DNA of 64,000 bases. It comes from Octopus vulgaris. Its lineage: Eukaryota. The first letter of the stretch is position 1. Every line of letters starts with the position of its first letter. The position numbers were made by a program, and so were the translations under genes. The stretch spans positions 14,322,001 through 14,386,000 of the forward strand of contig OX597824.1 in assembly GCA_951406725.2 (NCBI GenBank), written 5' to 3'. The notes under the pieces are model-generated. The model worked only from the letters and a program-made list of their open reading frames with translations, had not been told where the DNA came from and made no database searches. Below are positions 60,473 through 64,000 of this stretch, piece by piece.

Positions 60473-62139
60473 CGCGTGCGTGTTTGTCCCCTAGCATTGC
60501 TTGACAACCGATGCTGGTGTGTTTACGTCGCCGTCACTTAGCGGTTCGGCAAAAGAAACCTATAGAATAAGTACTGGGCTTACAATGAATAAGTCCCGGG
60601 GTTGAGTTGCTCGACTAAAGGCGGTGCTCCAGCATGGCCACAGTCAAATGACTGAAACAAGTAAAAGAGAGTAAAAGAGAGTATATATGGAGGCACCAAA
60701 ATATCTTAAGTCCTTAGGGCCTCTATGGGTCTTAATCCAGCCCTGGGTGTCATGTCCTCAACAACCTAAAGAATCCCTCACAAACCCACACTTTACAGAG
60801 TGCACTGGGTGCAGTTTTTGGGACAACAGTACTGGAAAAGTAGCCTTGTCTTAATTGCAACTAAAGGAACCACAACATCTGCTTGCCTGTTTGTCTCTTT
60901 ACAGAGTGAGAAGCATGAATAATGGAGACACGAGAGAGAGTGATGAGAGTGAAATATGATAGTGGGACGTGTAATAAGAACAATAATTATACTGAAACAG
61001 TTATATGCAGAACTGGTATTAAGCCAATTAGACAGATTTCTCCAAATTGGGACCCGTGCCAAGAGAGGGGCCCCATGCACATACTCAATTGGAGGATGCT
61101 GTGATGAATTTTTAGTATATCATTGTGGTTAATAGTGGAGCCTCAAGCCCTTAACCCTTTCGTTACCAACCCGGCTGAAACTGGCTCTGGCTCTTTAGTA
61201 TAAATGTCTTGTTTTCATAAGTTTTGAATTCAAATCTTCCACCAAACCTTAGTCAAAATTTATGTTCCTAACACTAGCTTAATGATAAGTAAGTTATCTT
61301 ACTAAATTCTTTGTTATATTTAAAATTAATTGAAAGAAACACAGAAATACGGTAACAAAAGTGTTAATGCTTTTTGGCTGAGACTGGCATACTAAACAAA
61401 GCAAAAAATATTAATATTCAGCTTTTGTAGAGTAGAGACCCCACTGACAATTCTCTAATTGGGCCTTGCACTTCCTAGCACCAGCTATGAAAATATTCAA
61501 GGTTGGTAAGACAGAGATGACAGCAATGTATGTACAATGACAAGAGTCCCACAATGTATGGAAGAAAAGAAATAAGAGTATGCTGGCAGAGTGACTTGGG
61601 AAGCTGACAAGAAATACCTGAGTAGAAGATGAAGGGGTAGACAGAAATAGATACAAGTGATCGACTGTAGCCAGTTTCACACAGGTAATGAGATGGTCCA
61701 GAATGTTTGAGTGATGAGTGTTGTGGCATAGCAAATGAAATACAGGTGTGTCCTGTACTAGAGAACTTCAAAAAGCCATGATCGGGAGAAGATCAGAATA
61801 GGTGCAGAAGCAGCCTGACAGAAGGCAATATATGGTGAACAGAAGAAAGCCACTGTGAGCTTCATTTGCACTGACACAGAGTACAGTGAGAGCTGAGAAG
61901 AAAGTGGAGAGATTGAGGGGCGAGCAATGGGTATACTCTTTTACCTGTTTCAGTCATTTGACTGCGGCCATGTTGGAGCACTGCCTTTAGTCGAGCAGAT
62001 CGACCCCAGGACTTATTCTTTGGAAACCTAGTACTTATTCTATTTGTCTCTTTTGCCGAACCGCTAAGTTACGGGGACGTAAACACACCAGCATCGGTTG
62101 TCAAGCGATGTTGGGAGGACAAACACAGACACACAAACA

Positions 62140-62315
62140 TATACACACACACACACACATATATATATGTGTATATATATAGGTATGTGTGTGTATATAT
62201 ATGTATATATATATGTGTGTGTATATATATGTGTGTGTGTATATATATATGTGTGTGTATATATATGTGTGTGTGTATATATATATGTATGTGTATATAC
62301 ATATGTATATATATA

Positions 62316-62348
<33 letters not shown>

Positions 62349-62461
62349 GTGAATGTAAGCCCATCAGTTTGTGTCGTTATATATATATATATATATATAT
62401 ACATACATACACATATATACACACATATATGGTGGGCGAATGATGATGATGATGATGATAT

Positions 62462-62502
<41 letters not shown>
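62140..62502. repeat. Expanded (TA/TG/CA)n compound microsatellite within a SINE (similar tract at 33600-33746)
   Basis: Direct observation. Confidence 0.9.
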
Positions 62503-62503
<1 letters not shown>

Positions 62504-62980
62504 ACCTTTCAGTTTCTGTCTACCAAATCCACTCACAAGGGTTTGGTCGGCCCGAGGCTATAGTAGAAGACATTTGACCATGGTGCCACGCAGTGGGACT
62601 GAACCCGGAACCTTGTGGTTGGTAAGCAAGCTACTTACCACACAGCCACTCATATGCCTGGATATGTGTAAAAGAATGCAATGTATGGAAAACAGGTGAG
62701 AAGTAAAAGGCACAGGTGAAAGAATGCAATGTGAGGCAAACAAAAGAGAGAAAAACCACTGCCATCCTTTTAGCCATCCTAACATCATAATAGAGTGCAA
62801 CTGATGAGATGAGGAAGTGAGCAAGAGATGAGTAATAAGAGTACAGGAGCAGGGAAGAAGAGCAAGAGAAATGAAGGTAAGCGCAAAAGGGACACAGGTG
62901 ATAAAAGTGGGAACAATAGACAAATGAATAGAAATTTGTAATGTGAGGGGTAAGATGCAGAAAGGTGAGTGATATGGGCC

Positions 62981-63206
62981 TTAACCCTTTAGTATTTAAA
63001 CCGGCCATACCCGGCCAAAATAGCTAATCTGTTTTATGTTCAAACTGACCAGATCCAGGCTCTCGCACCTACCCTACAATGTTATTCTACATTAAATAAT
63101 TACACCATCATGATCTTGAAGATATTAGATAATGCATGATTAATTCAAATCAATGGGAATCAATAGGCATTATGTTTGATAGAATAATCTGAACGCTAAA
63201 GGGTTA
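62981..63206. mobile_element. TTAA MITE family 2 (other copies 7773-8002, ~40500-41104, ~41130-42048)
   Basis: TTAA-ccctttag...ctaaaggg-TTAA with shared interior (aaaccggccat, ccagatc). Confidence 0.9.
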
Positions 63207-64000
63207 AAGGAGTGAGGGGCTCTCAAGAGACAAATAATAGAAACCAGCAGGCATTAGACAGACATGTATGCATACATACACACTTATATATATATACAGG
63301 GAACAGATTTTCTTTCAGATATATTAAAAAACCCAACTCACTTCCAGTTTGATCTTTTTTATTTGTTTTTTTGTTTCTGTGTTTCCTTATATGACTAGGG
63401 TCATCTGAACAGCATCATAGGTCCCTGAGCATATCAATGCACTGGGCCCTATTTCTTTATGGACAGCAAACCACAACATACATCATCATCGTTCAGCATC
63501 CATTTTCCATTCTGGCATGGGCTGGATGGTTTAAAGGAGCTGGCCTGCCGGGAGCTGTCCACACTCCAATTGTCTGTTGTGGCAGAACCCCTAGAATTGT
63601 GAGGCCCCTGAGAATTGTGAGAATTTAAGGCAGTGAGCTGGCAGAAACATTAGCACACTGGGTGAAATGCTGAGCGGTATTTCATCTGCCAATACGTTCT
63701 GAGTTCAAATTCTGCTGAGGTCAACTTTGCCTTTCATCCTTTCAGGGTCAATTAAATAAGTACCAGTTACGCACTGGGGTCGATATAATCGACTTAATCC
63801 GTTTGTCTGTCCTTGTTTGTCGTCTCTGTGTTTAGCCCTTTGTGGGTAGTAAAGAAATAGGTATTTTGTCTGCTGCTACGTTCTGAGTTCAAATTCCGCC
63901 GAGGTCGACTTTGCCTTTCATCCTTTCAGATTTGACAAAATAAGTACCAGTTACGCACTGAGGTCGATATAATCGACTTAATCTGTTTGTCCCCTCTGTG

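Overview
Eukaryotic, AT-rich, repeat-dense genomic DNA. The SINE families and microsatellites resemble an octopus/coleoid cephalopod genome; this is inferred from remembered repeat motifs, not from a search. There are three genes. (1) The last 8 coding exons of WDR43/UTP5 on + (2316-12751), with all GT-AG junctions in consistent phase. (2) An intronless DDX31/DBP7 DEAD-box helicase on - (22229-24268), tail-to-tail with WDR43. (3) An unidentified - strand gene: terminal exon 39943-40349, candidate upstream exons at 50110-50192 and ending at 51896, and a putative ~8.6-kb U-rich 3'UTR. The remainder is mobile DNA: at least four SINE-like families, TTAA (piggyBac-type) and hAT MITEs, two non-autonomous Helitrons, a decayed mariner, and RTE, CR1, R4-like and Penelope relics. 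The most notable observations are an intronic Penelope-type fold-back element carrying two opposed minimal hammerhead ribozyme motifs, a possible 148-aa orphan protein with a miRNA-seed-rich UTR, and several apparently locally templated insertions. Most short ORFs in the track are repeat artefacts.
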